A stretch of DNA of 64,000 nt, taken from contig JAUGWO010000114.1 in NCBI GenBank assembly GCA_049724395.1, positions 1 to 64,000 of the forward strand. The letters run 5' to 3'. Source of the stretch: Spongospora subterranea f. sp. subterranea (lineage: Eukaryota). The position numbers were made by a program, and so were the translations under genes. Every line of letters begins with the position of its first letter. The stretch's first letter is position 1. A model generated the notes under the pieces. The model saw nothing but the letters and a program-made list of their open reading frames with translations. It was not told the origin of the DNA and did not search any database. Below are positions 26,958 to 40,618 of the stretch, in pieces.

Positions 26958-27831
26958 AAATAGGGCAAATAGCTTAAATGATCAGCCAAATAAACTTCAA
27001 TGTTCTGGTGCTGTCACTATGATACGTTTGTTTCGTCTCCAGCTAACATTTCAAGCAGACTTGGAACTGGTAACTGATGGTCGTTGGCCATATCTCAAGA
27101 GCGGACATAGACCGGTGGAGTAATGTGTAGGTTTATCAGGTGCATGTGTGATATCAAGAGAAATTTGACATGGTGACCACGATCGATACCAAGCACCCCA
27201 CCGATATTAGTCCATTGTTTCAGCAGTAATTGTCGATAACGTGAGTACATTGAAGATAAGGTCTGGGATGCCGATAACGTGATTGAAGATGTGGCCTTGG
27301 TTGTGTATTGGAGCTAGATGTGATCAGCACAGGCGGGAACAGCATCTGTTCAACTATTTCAATGAACATATTGATCAATAAGAATGTTGAGGAATCGGTT
27401 GAGGCAGCTGTTATAGATTTGGGGACAATCAGTCCCGTTTTGGCCATGATGGGATCGTCGCTTGCAGGGAATGAAAATTCATCCTCCAGATGTGTTAGGA
27501 ACTGCGCCCGAATCTGTCCTAACCCGATCTCGACTGATTCCATTACGACAAACCAACCTAGCCCTTACAAATCACTATTTATCTAACGACAATCAATTTC
27601 CCGGTTCAGATATAATTTGTCTTAAACTCAGATTTCCCTGTCAATATTCAACTCGTCGGAAACCCCATGATTTGACACTCAATTTTGTTTGAGAATCTGT
27701 TATAACGAGGTTGAAACCTGATAAATGTCCTATCATTCTCCAACTTTCCAAGACCAGGAACGACTGTAGTTAGGCGAGAATATGTAAATCAAAGTGGAGA
27801 CTGTTGGAATTCGATTTCCAGTTCGCGCTCT

Positions 27832-28212
27832 TGCTTCCATGACCAATCAGGATGATTTGCCTTCGACGACCTGCGCCTGGGCAATAACTGATTATGAACA
27901 GCAAGGTCGTCGAGATCACCATGTCGTATCGCTTCCACTCTTCGGAGTGTGTACTCGCATGATCCAGCGGTTGCTCAGGCAAGCGTGAAGGTGCGTTTAC
28001 CCGGGCGCGGTAGTTCATGGCATACTACCGCGCCCTGGTAAACGCACTGCCACATTTGCGAGAGCAACCGCTGAACAATTCAGCTACGAAGTTTCGAGGA
28101 TTCCGAAAATGGATGCGACGAACTGGTCACATTAGAGACCATGCTGTTCGTGATCAGTGTTCGCCCAACGCAGGTCTTGAAAGGTAATTCACCCTGATCG
28201 GGCATGGACTTA
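27832..28212. repeat. Long imperfect palindrome centred at ~28019
   Basis: Core stem 27991-28014 vs 28024-28047 matches 23/24 with a 9-nt loop. Outer pairs include cagcggttgctc/gagcaaccgctg, gaacagca/tgctgttc, cctgcg/cgcagg and tccatg/catgga. Confidence 0.85.
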
Positions 28213-28464
28213 CGAACGCCTTAATCTACATGTAACTACCGGTCAGAGAGACGCCATTGTGTGTTCGGCCGAACCTTTCAGCTGTAATCCTAATTCAAGA
28301 GAACCGTTCACATTCAAGCGGTTTGACGAATGAATTATTAGATTTGATTCCACTGTTCAACATCCTGGATGATTCGACACACCAGTCATATGTATGTTAC
28401 CAACGTCGCAACAGTGAATGAAACACAAAATACAACACGAAGAGTCTACAAGAACATTCTAACT

Positions 28465-28587
28465 GTTACGCTTCACACTGATACGGTTACGCTTCACACT
28501 GATACGGTTACGCTTCACACTGATTACGGTTACGCCTCACACTGATACGGTTACGCTTCACACTGATACGGTTGAGCGGCACACTGA
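28465..28587. repeat. 21-bp tandem repeat, ~6 copies
   Basis: Unit gttacgcttcacactgatacg. Confidence 0.95.
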
Positions 28588-29215
28588 TGTGAACATCATA
28601 GGAGTACCCGATATCGATTACAGTGACAGTACCTCAAAGGGACTCAGCCATTGGTGTTGTTGATTTCAGAACGTCCCATATTTTTCTCTAGATACAAGAT
28701 ATTCCCTTTCCGTTTAGTCAGATTCATGACATTTGTTGTGGATAAAATCAATCCAATACGTGGCTCTAAATAAAGGTTCGTTACTCAGTGATTTTGATCA
28801 CCAAAGTAGCTTCATCGGCTGATTCGTGGATTTACTGACGACGTCGACCCTCGATATTCAATCCGACAAAGAAACAACGTTAATCTTGAACTACTACTTC
28901 CCGTTTTTCCATTTACAGTAGTCTCACTTCCTCACTAAGCAAACCCGTTTTCCGATCACAGATATAACAAAAATAACGTGATTTTGTCATATGTATTTTA
29001 CAATGGAGTTGCAGTGCATCGACGAAATGCAAAAGGGTCACCCGCGTGGAGCCAAAATTTATATCCATAGTCCATAGATACACAAGGTACCGACTGGTGT
29101 AAAGTGCCAGCACTGGGAATGTAACGGACCCTGACGGCCCGGGCACCAGACCTGCGAAGGGGGGATTTGTGCTTTGCCGGAACAGGGAAAACGACGTCGG
29201 TTTACCATCTATACG

Positions 29216-30697
29216 ATGGCAGATCCCATATTCGACATTATCTTCGGCTCGTCATCAGCAGAGGAAGACGTTAAACGTTGGATCTCAGAAGGATTCGTAT
29301 TTTCCAGTTCGATCCCATGGGGGCTTCGTCAAACCTATGGTGGACCCTGTGCGGTTTTAGCCCCCGTTCAAGCTTTCATCATTGCAGATCTGGTATCAGT
29401 TTTTTATGCATTAATATGGCAATTTTTTTGAGCAATTGTTTAATACGAGAATTTTTGTAGTTGACAAAAAGTTTAATGCCGGATCCTACAGTTGATGAAT
29501 GTCAATCCAGCTTAGTGGAAGCCATATCATTTATGCTATGGAGGGCACGTCCTGATTTCAATGCCCCTGCTTGTTTCCGAAACACCTCGTATGCTTCTCT
29601 GGACTCCTTAAAAGCAGATCTAGCAAGTTATAATTTAAGCACGAGTGGTGCTGTAGTTGAATTTGTTCGTGGGCTGATCAGTACCAGAACTGTAGAGGGG
29701 CATAAAAAAGGAGTTAGGTTTTACTATTTGTGTAATTCCATAATTTAACATGTCCAATTCAGTCTCAGCTTTGATAGCGATCCATTCGTCAGTCGTTTTG
29801 GTCATGGCACTCAAGAACTTGTTAACCTATGCCTATTTGGCCGTGCGTTTTCTCACCTGTTTGACGGGAACCGATTTTTAGCTCCTAATATGGAAATATG
29901 TGGGGTTCCATGTCGCGGGCGTGTAGGCTTTTTGAGTCAGCTGGAAGTGCTTCAGTACCAGAAGGTAATCTCACATTTCGAACTTCATTTCATCACAAAG
30001 CAGTCTGGCTGATTTCAGGTCTTTAGGTTGGAAACTGGTGCCGATTTCCTGAATTGCCTATTTGGATTATTGCCAGTTCTACACATTATACAGTTTTGTT
30101 CGCCTTGGACCTAGATGTCGGCAAAATTAGCGATTGCCAAGTTCAGGAGCATCGTGCGGAAGCCGAGTTTTCCAAGTACGACCAATCGGAATCGGGGTTC
30201 ATCTCTATCCAGGATTTGCCAGCGTTGCTCTGCAACTTAGGCCGTGACGAGACTTAACTACACCGGATCGCTTTAATCAACTCAAGGCAGCCGTTGACTC
30301 GGAAGGATGTGGTGTCGTGTTGTGGCCCCTTCTTTGGGAATCATTAAGACCAGGAGCCCAAGCTGACGGCCCTTGGGCTTGCATCGCGTGCACGTATCTT
30401 AATATTACAAATCAATCTGAATGCGAAATGTGTTCAACTCCAGCACCAGCCAGACCGCCAACTGTTCAAGAAAATGAGTCACCCGGACCAGATCAATTCC
30501 TACTCTATCATTATAATGGTATAGAGAACCATATTGGTGCACAAGCTCAATGCACTGAAGTGGCGGTGACGGTTATGGATACTGAGGGAATTCCACAAGG
30601 GCAGACTACCAATAGCGGTCTACGAGAGGTAATTCAGACAAGGTGGCATGGCGCCATTGTCGAATTCCCATCGGATCTTGTACCCAAAATAACATAA
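29216..30697 (+). CDS. MINDY-3/4 family deubiquitinase with EF-hand and RanBP2-type zinc finger
   Basis: GLRQTYGGPCAVLAPVQA (catalytic Cys), GHGTQELVNL, PIWIIASSTHYTVLF (His), DQSESGFISIQD, WACIACTYLN..CEMC, LYHYNG. Three introns; frameshift near 30250. Confidence 0.9.
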
Positions 30698-30715
30698 TGA
30701 ATTTTCGTATTTGAA

Positions 30716-31397
30716 TCAGTCCTCTGATGTATTTGCTAGCGGGATTCGATACCGATCAGACATTTCATGAAGTACTTCTGACCATCGTTCTCCAAAACCC
30801 TGCAACTGTAGAAATCGAACTTCGGCATTCTTTGTTTCAAATGAATCGGAGATGTTGATATCGAGTCTATGAGCTGGCTTATTATCACCCAGTCTTTCTG
30901 GCCATTCGACAAGACATATCCCTGTGCAGTATCGTCCTTGTGAAATAACATCCAATAATCTGAATAAAGCGCACCTGTTCGAAACGACCTTTCCAGATCA
31001 AGAAAGCCAATACTATCTCGACTCGCCAATCTATATAGATCCATATGGTGTATCCTGTTCGATATTAGATATTCGATTGCTGCTGAAACCACCAACGTAC
31101 GTGTTCCCTCCAAAGGTATATTGCATATCGAACACAAAAGTTGGTGAGGGCACTTCAAGTTCCGAAATTGAAGTATATGATTGAATGAACCTGGGAATAT
31201 GATCAGACTTGCATCTATGTTGCTGGAACGGTTTCGCCATACGATCTTGCAAATTGGGTTTTCCCAGTACCAATTTTGCCAGATAGCATGATACAATCAC
31301 CAGGCCGACATTTCTCAGCCAGAAACTTGGCTATGGCTCGAGTTTCCAACAGTGACGAAATATTGCAAGCCATGGAGACAGATTTTACTATTGACAT
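30716..31397 (-). CDS. tsaE: tRNA threonylcarbamoyladenosine biosynthesis ATPase TsaE/YjeE, intron-containing
   Basis: ETRAIAKFLA...GDCIMLSGKIGTGKTQFAR (Walker A), EVPSPTF, IHHMDLYRL and ICLVEWPERL on about four exons. Confidence 0.9.
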
Positions 31398-32902
31398 ATC
31401 TGACCAGGAACAAAGCTCACCCTAGACCAGGCTGAAAATGTGGAAGGCCTACCAGTACCAGGTGTTGGCCACCACGGAATGGGCAATACCGTAGCGTTGC
31501 GGATCTGCATAAAAACATTCAAATTGCTTGCAAATTTGGACATCACTTCTTCGGTTGTTATATATATTGTTCTCAGTCACGGTTTGAGAAGTATTTACAG
31601 ATCGGTGGACGAAACCTCTCTATTGTCTGGAGTATCAACGGGGCCTGCGATTCTGGAACTCGGGTCCTTGATGTTCAAACAAGCATCGCACGATGTTTCC
31701 ATACAAGAAGAGTTGTCAGCGAACACGTGCTGAGCGAACAATATGCTGATTTTATCGTTTTTGGCTGAGTTTTATACTACGTAAGTAAAGTTAAATCCTG
31801 CAATGATCTGGTCCATATTCTCGATCTTGCAAAGGTTTTTGTCCAGGTGTACAACAATCCTTTAGGGTCGCTGATGAAAGTAACCACCAAGCAAATAACC
31901 GGAGCTCGCTCACAATTCACAGTGCGTGCCAGCGACAAGTTGCTATCGCCTAAAATTCAGTCCAGACTGAACTAGTACTCGGCTAGCAAAATGTGATCGA
32001 TCAGTCAACAACGACGAGAGACGTAAGACAGCTCAACCTTTCATGAACAAATCGAAAACACGACGATCCTCATTGTTAATGATGCGTCTGCAACTCTGGA
32101 TCAGCCTTTATCAGATATTTGACTGTGATGTTGACCGTATCCCCCTCCTTGGGCACGGTGCATTGCGATGAAAAGTTGCAATGCACTCTTTTCAAGGATG
32201 GTGTGGCAGCACGAGAGGAGTAATGATTAGGGTTCCCAAGTACTGTCAGATAGTACATCATTGGATTCATAACCCTTCCCATTAATTGTTGTCGCCCACG
32301 AACTATCTCTTAGACGTGATGATATCCTCTAGCGAAACCCTTACCCATCACTCCGCTCGTCTGCCTCATCGTATTTTGAAAGAGTGCATTGTAGTTTTCA
32401 TCGCACGTATCCGAATGCACTGCGGCCAAGACGGGGAATACTGTCATGACCGGTACTTGATCTGGTTTTTTAACATCCGAACCGGGCCAATGCTCAGGTC
32501 GGACAACGTCTAATTCCATAGCACTAACAGTGTCTCGAATTCCTGACGGTTTGTTGAACGTAAATTGGCATGATGTGGCTAAAGTTTGAGATATTGTGTC
32601 ATCTGTGTCTCGAACTCTGACAGGTTATACGACCCAGAATGGACATCAAGCAACGGCAGTTTCAAAATATCCACATTATAATGATATTAATCTTAGTGCC
32701 AACCAGCGCTGTCTCTCTTCAAAATATAGAACAACGCAATCTTAGAGAGAGTTGCAGAATAATACTGATTTTAACGGAAGGACCCTGAAAACTGCACCTC
32801 ATACTGAGCGCACTTTTTTGCTCAAGCTAACATAAGCCATGTGCAGAACACAATCAAAGTTCTATCGAAGTGTTTCTATTGTAAGTGCAACACGATCATC
32901 GA

Positions 32903-35900
32903 ATGGGCGCTGGTCCTAGCTCACAATCTGATACTGTGGACGATGCATCTGCTCGTATCTCCATCTTTACAAAATATAGTATTGCTCTCGTTGATGATGC
33001 GGGCATGGGGCACACTGTGTTTTGATCTGCTTCGAGCTGTCAATCCTGAGTTATTACGTGGAATGCTGGTAGAATGCCCTTATAATCTTGCCATGCTGAT
33101 GCTCAGGTATTTTCAGTGATGGGGGCATCACAATGTTTACTGAAAATAGACTGAATTTAGACTAGTCTCGGATTTAGAAAAGGCAATTGTTTCACCGACT
33201 CTTCTTTCAGGTGAATCTAGCCCAATATTCCTTAGTATACGTGTACTGTGCAGAATCATTCCTTTCGTTTTGGAAAGTTCTAGCGATCGCAGTATAGCAG
33301 GTTTTATGTGGGATGGCGAACTTCCTTTGCCGAACTTTGATGCTTCAAACCGTGTTCTTGCGACGCACGTTCCGGAAAATACTAGGAATCCACATTCTAA
33401 GGAAACCACCGACGATGGAGATAAATCCAGCTTAGGAGAACTCAAGGATGCACCACATGTCAGCAGTGATCTTGCGAATACCTCATCTACGGGTGAGGTG
33501 TCATCACCAGCTGCAAATTCTGCTACTGCAAAAGATTCGGGGTATTCTATTGAAAGTTCTGATCGCGTTCGCGAGAAGATAGACCCTGTAGCCCCTCGGC
33601 TTGTAAATGCGGTTTTACGGCTGCTGTTCATTCGAGACTTTACATTAGATTCTGCACCATCGGCACAGGAGCTTTATGATTTTGAGATTCCAGGCGTGGT
33701 TCATGATTCGCTTTGGAGCACCAGCAACTCAGATCGTATAAACTGCAATCGAATCGAAGTATGGCTTCCTCTAATCTAGATGCTGCAACTTACTCCATAT
33801 GCTGTAGCTACTACGCCTAGCAATTGTCTGTCATTCCATTGCAGTTTTCTCTTCACCCGAGCAATATAATCCTCACAAAAATCGGCTATTGGAAGCCACC
33901 CTGCATCATAATCTGATCAGCACTTTGGTAGCATCTTTATTGAGCATAACTGTAATATGTAATAGTTGTTGGGTTTTGCATGAAATTTCATTCCTCCACA
34001 GTTGGATGCACAGGCTTCGACCACTTCAAAATTCTTTTTCATGCAAGAGCTCCCCAACATTACTACTGCTAATCTAATATTGATCGCTCTACAAAATCTT
34101 ATAGAGTTTTGCTTGATTTTCAGGTATTGCAAAGGTGATTCGTATTTTCTATTTGTTGCATGAGTTTCTGACCCATCTGTTTCTACTCGTCAAGCGAACT
34201 TTCTGCATCGAGTCCCAATCCAGTTCACACATTGCTGTTAGGCATGAAGTTACCTTCTACTTTTTCTCGGATTTACATCGGCTTAACTAGTCTTCTCAGT
34301 AATTCTGACACTTTAAATGGCGCTCCTTTTTCCAGAGTTCCAAAGGAGCTTGCCTGCCATCATGAGGTAAAGGGTTATATTAATTTCCTGTAAAGGTCAT
34401 CTCAAATCAACCACTCAATCAGGTTTTCATTATGTTCTGGAAACTTTTGTCGATCAGCCCGGAATTTTTAACTTATGTTTGCACTCGAGCTGAAAAGAAA
34501 TCTCTTTTGCAGCCGCTTTTTTTCATTATGTCTCGAAGCAAGAATGATCAAGGTTGGATTTCTGTTTTGAATAGTAATCAATGTTTGCTGAAAATATGCA
34601 GCTCTGATTGGGCTTGTTCATACTTGCGCCCTGATAATCCTCAAACTAAGTGATTCAAGAGATTTCGCATTAGCTTTTAACGAGTCTTGTAATGGATCTA
34701 CGTTTTTTCTCAAGGATGGGAAGATTGTAACGTCAGCAAATGGTTAGCATCGTTCATTGAGGATTAGCAAAAGATAAATGTTTTTTCAGGCTGCTTTGCT
34801 GATATTTTTGTAATTGCAAGTTGCGATATAATTTCAAGTAATGCGCATGTGGAATCGTTAGATCACGTCCTTCTAACTGCCATGGTCAATATTTCTCCCT
34901 ATGTTCGGTACTCTATGAACATTTGTTATACTGAATAATTGCTCATAGAAAGTTCAGGGAATTATCTTGGTCCGCGTCTGAAGCAATCGTAGCTCTCTTC
35001 ATCCTGGTAAATAGTTTGCAGATTATCCATTAGATGTGCCTCCCATCATGAAAGGTTCTATAGCTTGCGTCCGGCGACATCATCTGGTCGACGCGGACGT
35101 CGCCTCAATATGTCATGTACCTTTTGGAGATGATCAACAATTTGATTCAGTACCAATATAATGGTATAGAAACCATCTACTCAAAACCATTCTCACATTG
35201 CATTTAGGGAACGGCCGCCTGTTCTTCGTGATGGCTCAGAATGCCAACGTTTTTCTATCACTTGGATTACCAGCGTCTTCGATTCAGGGGTCAATGCATG
35301 ATAATTCGTCCCAAGGTACAGTTAGACACTTGTTGTATTCACATACGGATATCAAGCAAGGCTTCGCAGGTAGTCAAGAAGAATCTAGCGCAGCACATCA
35401 TCAAGTATGTTTCGGTTCATACTCATCGATAAATCCAGAATGTGAATAAGTCCCTTAGCAACCGTCCTTCGAGCCCATCGAATGTAAGCAAGGTAATTCT
35501 CAAGACAGCGATTCGCATGAAAATTGGGTAGAACCTTTCCTCTGAGAAGTGATAAAACCTCATTTGATTTCAAGGTAAACGATTGGAGGCGGAAATTCCC
35601 GCTTTCTACTGTTAATAAGATGCTGGAGTTCATACTTCCACGAATGAACGTATTATACGAGTCAAGGTAAAAGTGTGCTCAAAATTTTATCAGCTTGTTC
35701 AACCTCGTCACGCTCTCAGTGTTCCTTCCCATGAGGATTCACATATCATTGCGTTTTTTCAGTCGCAGACGCTGGTTGGAATTATTCCGTTGCCACATCC
35801 AATCATTGTTCGGCGTTATAGGCCATCTAAAAGCACGGTTCGTTTATTGTTCAAAACTGCTGTTTGCGGTATTAATAGTAGTACTCAGAGCGTGTGGTTC

Positions 35901-36020
35901 TCAAGCGTCATTTGGGGACAAATATTTCTGCGAAATCAAAAACATGTTGTTTTCGATCCAAGATCGATTCGGCTCTTCGCTGTCAGCGAACCTGTATCAA
36001 ATGCTGGCACGTCTTCCTAG
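32903..36020 (+). CDS. HID1: HID1/Ecm30 family Golgi protein, multi-exon
   Basis: MGAGPSS start, PYNLAML, RVLCRIIPFVLE, LLFIRDFTL, FWKLL, NISPYV, LLEMINNLIQYQY, TLVGIIPLPHPIIVRRY, WFSSVIWGQIFLRN..IRLF. Frameshift near 33003. Confidence 0.88.
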
Positions 36021-37003
36021 ATAATAACTGTAATTGTATGTTTCCATTTACATCTATTAAAAGTTAAAACTTTCATATTTGAATTTCCTTGAAAACGCCA
36101 TCAGAACATGCAGTATTGCCCAACTAGCCAAGGCTCTAACAAACCAGAAATTCCTCGTCCATCAAGTAGGCATGCGTATTGGAATTAGGCAAGTGCATAA
36201 AAACCTCAACACGTAGCTATCAGTAGACCGGTTCGATTTTCTGGAATGGATATACTTTCAGCGACGACAAAAACATTGCTCAAAATTTTGGAGTTCTAAC
36301 GTTGTCTCCTCCAGGACTGTCATCGGTCTCGAGAACCGCGCCCACGCACCAATTTGTCAAACCTTACGGCGAGTTGATTGAAATTGTAGAGGGAGTCGAA
36401 AAATGAAACACTGATGGTTTCGCCAAATTCAACTGCTCTGCTACATGCACTATCTGACAAATCAGCTGAACAGAGTTGGTCATATATCGGCAAAAAACCT
36501 CTGTTCATGTTAATAAAAACGCAAACGATGTCTCAACGAGTCAACTTTATTTGTTTTGGAGGTCGGAGACACACATGACAGGATCTGAGGGCTATTTATT
36601 AAGAAAACACCATAACCCTCCTCCAAAACGTCAGTCGTTTTCAGTATTGCAAAAATCCATGTCATCAACCAGCTGCCTAAGACAAAAGAACATAGCAGCT
36701 GAGAATCCATCAACATGAATTGAACCCAAAACCATTTATAAAGCTAAAGCCGTTGCCATCTTGATCCGAACAACATCAGATCATTCTGGGCCGTCAAGAT
36801 GACGTGGACTGTACCCACTTGCCCTCTGGAATGATCTGAAATCTCGTGCCTCAGTGCGACAGCCAGTTGCGCATATTTGTGTTATGCGCTCAACACAGTG
36901 CGGAGAAATGTGAACGGTCAAGGGCCTGCTCTGCTATTGTCAAACGGGTTTGAAAGCGGTTACGACTACCGGATTGTTAGGATTAGGTCACCCTCAACCA
37001 TAA

Positions 37004-38862
37004 ATGGCATATCGAGCTGGGATGAACAACAGCCGGCGTCAATTTTTTGTCACCATTATATTGGTGCTGACCGTTATTGACGCTCTTCAGCGTGGCAGGG
37101 ATTTCTATCGGATTTTGGTGAGATGTGCCGTCGTTTGCTATGAGGAAGTTATCTGAAATGGAACAGGGCGTATCTCGTAACGCTGACCAAGAAACAATAA
37201 AAAAATCGTATAGGAAGCTGGCTATCAAACTTCATCCAGATAAAAATCCAGATAATGAAGAGGCCAATCAAAAGTTCATGGAAGTCAATAATGGTATCAA
37301 CAATCAGGTTGAAGTCAACTATCAGCCTCAATTGTTTCTGCAGCATATGAAGTCTTAAGCGATCCCCAGAAGAAGGAAATATATGACAGGTATGGCGAAG
37401 AAGGTCTTAAAGCTGGGGGCGGAGGTCAAGGCCAAGGCCACTCTGGCGGAGGGCACGGTTTCCATTACAGAGATCCATCTGATCTATTCAGAGCGTAACG
37501 ATGCCTTGTTTTAATCATTATGGGCTATTTTTAAAACTGTTGAATTAGGTTCTTTGGGGGTGGAGGAGAAGATGCCTCCGGTTTCCATTTCGAGACTGGG
37601 TCTTTTGGACAGCAAACCCGACAAAGGCCGGCTCCAAGTTTATTCAAAAACTCTCGGGTAGTTGAACTTGACGAGCGAAATTGGGATAGTTTCATCAGAC
37701 GAGATCAGGTTAGTTTTTGTGGTTTTGCTGCTGAATTTTTCTTAAACACACCGATCTAGGATGTTGCTTTGGTGATGTTTTATTCTCCTCAGTGTGGTCA
37801 CTGTCACAAGGCAGCTCCTCAAGTAATTAAAATTGCAGACAAAATGAAAGGCGCAGCCATTATCGGTGCTGTCAACTGTGGAATGAATGGAGATTTATGT
37901 CAACAGTTTGAGGTAGCTTGCTGTTCTGGTATGGGTGGATCTCTTATCTTCATGAATTCAGATTTCTCATTATCCGACTATGAAACTGTTCCATTACCGT
38001 ATGCACAATCAACCTGAAGATATCCCAGCTAAAGGTGGGAAAATGTTCACTGCAGTTTCCGATGCAATACCGTCGTTTGTCACGAAACTTGATCAGTCCT
38101 CATGGTTTATGTTCCAGCGGTAAGAACTAATTTGAAAAATGTCACGCTTTTGCTTATATTCATTTTGGATATAGGCAGACGACCAAGCCACGAGTTGTTT
38201 TTCTAACGAAATCGGCCACAATTAGTCCCCTTTTGCGATCAATATCGCGCGAGTTTCGCGACACAATTGCTGTTGGCCAAGGAAACTTGCACGACCCAAT
38301 TTTTGCCCAAACGTTTAAAGTTCAACCCGATCAGTCGTTACCAAAACTGGTGTATCAGTCTAGGTTGTCAAATGGGGTTCTAAAATCAATATTGTATAAG
38401 GGCGAGTTAGAATACAAGCCTCTTCAGACGTTCCTCAAGGCAATGCTGAAACAGTATCCAAATCACGTCAGTGGTGAAACGAACAGCAAACCTGGCGATG
38501 ATATAGCCCGTTTTGAGTCGAAGAAGTCATTGTCACGCTCTGGCATCAATGTCATCTTGTGCACGGACAACGACAGCATTGACAAACAATGGACGAGCGC
38601 ATTATCCGCTTTATCTAAGCGATACGCGAATGATCCCGTCAAATTCTTTTGGGGCTCATCAACGTCTCCAGATCTCAAGCAGTTTTCCATCAAGGGTACG
38701 GCGTTATTGATGTGGATGTCGAAAAAGAACAAATTTGCCATTGAGTCTTCTGCGAGTGCGTCGAACATCGATGCTCTCATTTCATGGGTTGATCGCGCTA
38801 TTGGCGGCGATCTGAGGCTCAAAGACCTCAGCGAACTCACACAAGAGAAATCTGAACTTTGA
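37004..38862 (+). CDS. ER-luminal J-domain + thioredoxin protein (DNAJC16/ERdj5/ERDJ3A-like)
   Basis: Signal peptide, [27 protein letters not shown]-rich linker, FYSPQCGHC thioredoxin site and C-terminal KSEL. Confidence 0.9.
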
Positions 38863-39830
38863 GTACAACAAAACTTCATTATAAACTGTTTATCTCCTGC
38901 CACCGATTACTTGTACATTTCGAAGGTTTCATCGTTATTCGCTTCTCACGAGTCGTTTATTCTCAAACAAGGATCGGATCAAGCACTAGACTCAATTCTG
39001 AAGGAAATCGAAGGGGGCGCGGGGAGTGATGTTGGAGCGTTTTACAGCGCACTCCATGCCCGGGTGCTGAATCATCATGCCATTGGAAATTACCTATACG
39101 AACCTTTAGTGATAGATATACTGAGAATGAGCTCTCAGAAAGGGTTTGTGATCCATACGTGTATGTGATTCCATCTATCGCCTTGCGGGAACCGCTGGCG
39201 CTACTGTAGGTTCACATACTTGCACGACGAGTTCGTTGATGCCAGAAATGTTTCTTGATTGTGCACATTACTAGCAAGAATAACAACCACCTGTTTTTGA
39301 GACTAATTGGCTTATATTTGTGCACAATCGCATTCTGATCATTGAAACACCCACGACGACACTTGCCAGACCATTTTTGTGAGAAAACATAATTCGAGTA
39401 TGAAAGAGAAATAGGGTAGGTCCCGATCGCACCGGAGAATCGCCAACCACAACAGTTTCCTCCTGCCATTTGACAATCTGCACGCGACAGGAAGTATTCG
39501 ACATGTTCAGGCCTGGCACCGCATTCAGCCTGGTACTTAGTTATTGCCTTCAAGACCTGGCATTTATCAATATTCAGAAAAGAAGGTGTTTGAGAGCCTG
39601 ATCATCGCCGACGACAATGGCATTCTTCATTGACTTTCTCCCGCAATATGCAAAGCGCAGCTGCTCCGAGATGATCAGGAACCTATTCTTTCACAAGGCA
39701 CATCCTAACGAGATTCCGAACACCGTATCGCCTTAAAAACGAATATAGATCTGCATCGTGATTCATTACAAGCTAATCGGGAGAGGGCCTGGGCGCGTTT
39801 GAAGTTTAATCAGAATAATACTGTGAGGAT

Positions 39831-40618
39831 TTATTGTACAAAAGAGGGAATATGAGGTGGAACGTGCTGCGATGCTGGAGGGGGCATTTTATGCAACCTT
39901 TTAACATGCCTCCTCATCGTGCTGTTCCTGCTAAAAAACTTTTTACAATGAGGGCACCGAAAAGGTTTTTCTCCTGTGTGAGATCGTATATGGTCTTGTA
40001 AATGGCAATATTGAAACCTGGCAAGGCAATACAGTTGGAAATCATTTCTCGAAAATACGTCAACCGAAACACATACCTTTTAGGGCAATATGGGCAAGCA
40101 TGAGTTCCTGAATGGCGTATCGATGTCGTTTGCCCTACGACCTTCGACTGCATGTTCTGGGATGGCTCGATCTTGGCTGTGACAACATTTATAGCTTTAG
40201 CTGGCTTCATGGTACCAGAACCCCTGGACATCGAACCACTGCGTCCATCATCGAGAAAATCTTCTTCATCGCTGCTGCTTTCCGGAATTCCATTAGCTTT
40301 GGTGGCTTGTACCAGCAAGCTCATCGCTGACAGTTGGTTTAGGTTCGGTTTTTGGCTTTGTAGATATTTTGCCAATACGTAGCAAACGCCCAACGGTAAA
40401 GGCGGTTCCACACATCTCTGAAGAACTTTGGCCGGCGACATGTTGTCGTCATTTGCGAATTCTCTGATAATCGCCCTTAACACGCCAAACGTTCCGAGTC
40501 CTTCATTTAATAAACTCTGTACTATGGCGTCTAACCGATCTGCTTCAAGCCTCGTTTCAGATTGAACATGACTCGAAAAAAATTCCCGGACATCAGTGCT
40601 GTCAGGCCATTCATCCAT
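39831..40618 (-). CDS. C2H2 zinc-finger transcription factor (two fingers)
   Basis: HACPYCPK|RFQYCHLQDHIRSHTGEKPFRCPHCKKFFSRNSTMRRHVKRLH across an intron at ~40019-40076. Confidence 0.88.

Noticed and set aside
31440..32520. Possible minus-strand gene between tsaE and HID1
   Set aside because: Short open frames with no recognisable motif and no convincing splice model.
36080..36800. Possible minus-strand membrane-protein gene
   Set aside because: Hydrophobic fragments are present, but I could not build a consistent exon chain.
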